A DNA stretch of 64,000 bases from the NCBI RefSeq assembly GCF_009914755.1, contig NC_060928.1; one strand, 5' to 3'. The DNA is from the human T2T-CHM13v2.0 reference genome, Homo sapiens. The notes under the pieces were generated by a model. That model saw nothing but the letters and a program-made list of their open reading frames with translations, did no database searches and was not told the DNA's origin. Numbering within the stretch: position 1 is the first letter of the stretch; each line of letters opens with the position of its first letter. Positions 59,611-64,000 of this stretch are shown here, piece by piece. A program made the translations under genes and the position numbers.

Positions 59611-61353
59611 GATCTTGCTCAGAAGAAATATCTTTGCTCCAGGACATCCATCTACCTTCTCAGTCCAAGGCCCTCACCAGCTTCTTTTACATTTTCCCAG
59701 GAATATTATAACTTTTGAGAAACAAACTGCTTTTTTAAACATCACACTGCTAAAAAATCAAGAAAGTGAGAGTTCCATGTTTTGCTTTTAATCGGTATAA
59801 GGTATATTGTGAAGATAAACTAAATTTGAATAATTCTGAATAAATTAGTGGAAAATAATGACCTTATTGTTGGTTAAGTGCGGGGAAAATAAACTATTAC
59901 GTTTGGATGAACTTAGCTTTTCCTTGTGAAGGTTGCCAGACTAGCTATTATTAATGTACTGTAATTTCCACAAGGTTTCTTTCTTCTGGTGAAAGATTTT
60001 TTTTTTCCATTTTCTGATCAAAGCACTCCACTTGACAACATTCAAAAATGAGTGTGCCTGTGCCTTCTCCAAAACACCTTTGGTATGTCGGTGAGACCTC
60101 GTCATCCTCTAGTGGTTCTATTCAAAAGTTACATTCCACATAGATGTCCGCTTGAGCTTTAGCCAGTAGATACCGTCCTCAGTGCTTACCGTGATACTCC
60201 AAGCAGTTTCTTCTGGATGACTTCCAGAGCATCACAGCTCACGTGAACTGAGACTACTCTGCTTTAGCTCCATTCTAATGGAATGAAATACTCTGTTCAT
60301 CTTTTCTTTCTCACTGTTTCTATTCTCTTTCCACCATCTCATATGCCAAAATATCCTGTAGAATATTTATTTTCTATTTTGAGCCACAACAGTCACTATT
60401 ATATAGATTCCTAATACACTTTTCTCAATATTTAGAAAAAGTGATAATCATAAGTAGTGTAAAATATTCCAGTCACCGAGTATGTACTATTAAAACATTT
60501 TCTCCTTGCACCAAACAGCCATAGCAGGGTTTTGTTTTGTTTCATTTTGCTTTATTATCCGACATGTAGTCTCTTCCGAAAAAAGTGTATTTTAGATCCC
60601 ACAAATAAACGTATCAAGACATCAAGAAACAGGTAATAATTTATAAAATTTTGAACTTGCACTTACTTTTTTTACTGATTCCAACCAAGAAAAAAGTAAT
60701 GCAAATATAAATCCCTTTAAAAATTCTATCATGAAGACAGAAATAGCTGCTGGATTTAAAATCTAATTTATAATGTAGTGATAAGAATAATAATGTTAAA
60801 TGTCATACGACTATGTAGAAACAGCATGTAGTTTCAAGCAACTAATGAGCTCTTTTGGAAATAAATAATTCTCTTTTGGATAAATAAATGTTCTCTTTTG
60901 GAACTAATTCAATATTATCTTTTAATACCTGAAGCAGAGGGGTACCAGAATATTGCTGCAAACATCTGGGGGCAAGACTTTTGTCCAATATTAAACATGT
61001 CTGTAATATAAATATATTCTTTTAAAAATTATCTGTTTTTTTATAAGAAGGAACTGTGTTGTATATTTATTTCAAATATTCTATACTTTAAACTGCTGTT
61101 ATAGGAATATTACAGGAAATATTTCTGTGTGGTCAAAAGAAGGCAAATTAGGTATAAAATTTGCTTGGATGTATTAACTTGAGCTTTGGAAAGAGCCAGG
61201 AAAGACATTGAGATTTTTTTTGCAGCTTTCCAGTCTTTCCGCCTTTCTCCTTCCCCTGTAGCTGTAAGATTGCCTCTCCCCACTCCTCACGCCAATTTTG
61301 CTGTCCTGCTGGGAACCCTTTTCAGAGAGAACAAGATATATAGATACATGATT

Positions 61354-61360
61354 GATAGAT

Positions 61361-61411
<51 letters not shown>

Positions 61412-61437
61412 GATAGATGATAGAGAGACAGATAGAT
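61354..61437 (+). repeat. (GATA)n tetranucleotide STR
   Basis: Direct reading. Confidence 0.97.
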
Positions 61438-61754
61438 GCTATTGTAAATAACATTCTACTGTCTCTTTATTAAATACCACGTTCCCAATTATTTATGTGT
61501 AAATTATCTGCAGTGTCTATTAATAGTCTGAATTTCTCACTCTTATTGCACTTTATTGTCTTGGTAGACTGGGATCACCATCAGAGTACAATTACCTCCA
61601 GGACAGGAAGATAGGTCAAATTTAATACAATGTGATTACATAAGCGTGAGTGGATTTTTCCTTGCTATTGATAAATTTCATTAGCTAAGATATTTGATAT
61701 CTGTTTCATAATGCTAAAAATATGTGCAAATATTCTCTTTTATCAGCACATTTA

Positions 61755-62094
61755 TTGTCAGCCCTCCATATCTGTGGGTTCCACATCTGTGGATCCAACC
61801 AACTGTAGTTTGAAAATATGTTTTAAAAATGGATGGTTGCATCTGTACTAAACATATATAGTATAGACTTTTTTTTACTAACAATTCCCTAAACAATGGA
61901 GTATAACTATTTACATAGTGTTTACATCATATTAGGTATTATAAGTAATCTAGAGATAATTTAAAGTATATGGGAAGATGTGCATAGTTTCTATGCAAAT
62001 ACTACATCCTTTTATGGGGACTTAAGCATCCATGGGTTTTAGCACCTGTGAGGGGTCCTGAAACCAATCCCCCAGGGATACTGAGGGACGACTA
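61755..62094. mobile_element. MER2-like Tigger MITE
   Basis: Degenerate TIRs gtcagccctccatatctgtggg ... cccagggatactgagggacgac. Confidence 0.85.
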
Positions 62095-64000
62095 CATTCT
62101 CTATTACTTCCTTTGATGAGGTTACTGACCTCCACTGATAAATTCTCATGCATTTGTAATGGACTTAACTCCAATGTTTTTGTAAACATATAGTATTAGT
62201 GAGCAACTTCTATGGGTTTTATTTTTGCAGTAAGTTGGATTACTCACTAGATTGTGAGCTACTTAATGTCTTATACATCTTTATAGTCTCTGTGTTGCCC
62301 ACAGTAGGTAGTCAATATTTGCTGAACAGAAGTTAAACATTTTTTAATCACTATATATGATATTTCTTTGGCATAAATGGGTTTTTAATGTGTTAGAGTT
62401 TCATATGCTTAAAAATGTGTTCAAAAGAAAACTATCTTTATGTCAAAAAGATTTATACAGTTTGCTTTTTAAAGTCTGTGTGAATGAACCAATACTCTGT
62501 CTTATGTCACAGCTGGACACTCCAATTCACCGCTTTAAGTCCAGCACTGCTAATTCCCTGACTAGCTTCCCTAGGAAAGGATATTCTTTTAAGTCTGGCG
62601 CTATGCTGTAAACACACTCCTGTTTATTCCAGCTAATGAGAAACAGGCTGTCTGGAAATGTGTCTCTGAGGAAAATACTGAGCAAATCTTTAGAAAATAA
62701 AGCACTCCAGATTGATTGAAAAGATAACATTTGGTAACATGGTGCAAGCGAAACTATAATATCAAGCTCAAAAGAAGGCAAATTAGGTATAAAATTTGCT
62801 TGGATGTGTCAACTGGAGCTTTGGAAAGAGCCAGGAAAGACACAGAATTTTTGCATCTGTCCGATCTTGCCCCTTTCTCCTTCCCTTGTAGCTTTAGGAT
62901 TGCATCTCCCACTCCTCACACCAACTTTGCTGTCCTGCTGGGAACCCTTTTCTGGTCTTGTTATCTTTCTTTAAGATCAGCCAGGCTGTCTCTTCCTCTT
63001 TTTCTTCTGGTAATAAGGTGTCTAATAGTTTATAGCCTTTTAATCTAATGGCTCTTTCTGTGGACAGTTTCAAATCTCTTCTTTAGATACTTGCATTTGA
63101 AAAGCCACTAACTTTTGAAACATAGTCGTTATTATCAAAAAGTTTTGTAGGACTGTGCCTTACTGAGCATTGATTTTCGTACTTGGAGAATAGTTTTATC
63201 AAAAACATAAATTATTTCACTTATTCACTTAGGGTAAAATGCCTAACAGTAGACAAGTGACAAGACTTAAAAAAAAAAAAAAAGCAGTTTCTCATCAAAT
63301 TCTAAATCTCTTGAATCTCTCGTCTTCATAATTCTTCAACTCCTTGAAAGTATATGAACTGCTTATTGGTCATTAACTTATTTGTAAATGCAAGTGGAAC
63401 TCCCATTTTAAATACATCCCCTATTGATTCTAAACCATACTCTAAATTTGTCTATGTTGCCCATTCCCTTCCAACTTTAGCCATCGCTGAAACTTCAATT
63501 GCTTTCCTGATGCTACCAAAAGAGCAGTATCATCAGTGCCCCCTCACTAATCATGTAATCTTCCTTCAGAAAGCATTTATGTTTTTTGTTATTTTCCTAT
63601 AAGAAGAGAAGAAAGTCTGTTTTGGACTTCGTCCAGCCAACACTATTAGGCAATTTCCACTAATAAAAAGTGTCATGAGCCATGATAGAAAAGTTTTACT
63701 ACTTTAAGAATTTTTTCCATTTCATAGCCAAAGAATATCTGAATTTTGGAGATAACACATAAATATAGAGTTTTAGGTTCTACAAAGAACTAGGGTACAG
63801 AAAAATAACTTGGTCATTTCCCCAGGAAATACTCTGACTACTAATACCACAACGACTCCTAACACCACTACTGTAACAATTTCACATTTCACAGTATTTT
63901 CCCTCTCCATAGCTTCAATTGCAGCCAACATGGAATCCAAAGAGAACCAGAACTTTCGTTGTGAGAATGTTTTACACTTATTCCATTTACACTTAACACT

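Overview
This is human-type (primate) genomic DNA containing the 5' end of VEGFC on the minus strand. It holds a CpG-island promoter (~21.1-22.3 kb), a GC-rich 5' UTR and coding exon 1 (21321->21175, MHLLGFFSVACSLLAAALLPGPREAPAAAAAFESGLDLSDAEPDAGEAT). It also holds the first 21 kb of intron 1 and ~42 kb of upstream, repeat-rich intergenic DNA: about 20 Alus, L1/L2/MIR remnants, DNA-transposon MITEs, a decayed ERV1 provirus with a tRNA-Gln-type PBS and gag/integrase relics, a solo LTR10 and a MER21 LTR. No other protein-coding gene is supported, and the other ORFs are repeat-derived or GC-frame artefacts. I found no self-contained new gene system. The most notable observations are: (i) five local, non-tandem copy-paste duplications (30-190 bp, 0.5-3 kb from their donors, one inverted and inside an Alu) that look like templated repair insertions; (ii) an AP-1-bearing LTR10 about 15 kb upstream of VEGFC; (iii) a uORF plus an open in-frame 5' extension with near-cognate starts in the VEGFC leader; (iv) a UUAGGG-containing 31-nt tandem duplication abutting the exon 1 splice donor; (v) a nearly spacer-less head-to-head Alu pair. 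Repeat subfamily names come from recognition by eye, not from a RepeatMasker run, and repeat boundaries are approximate.
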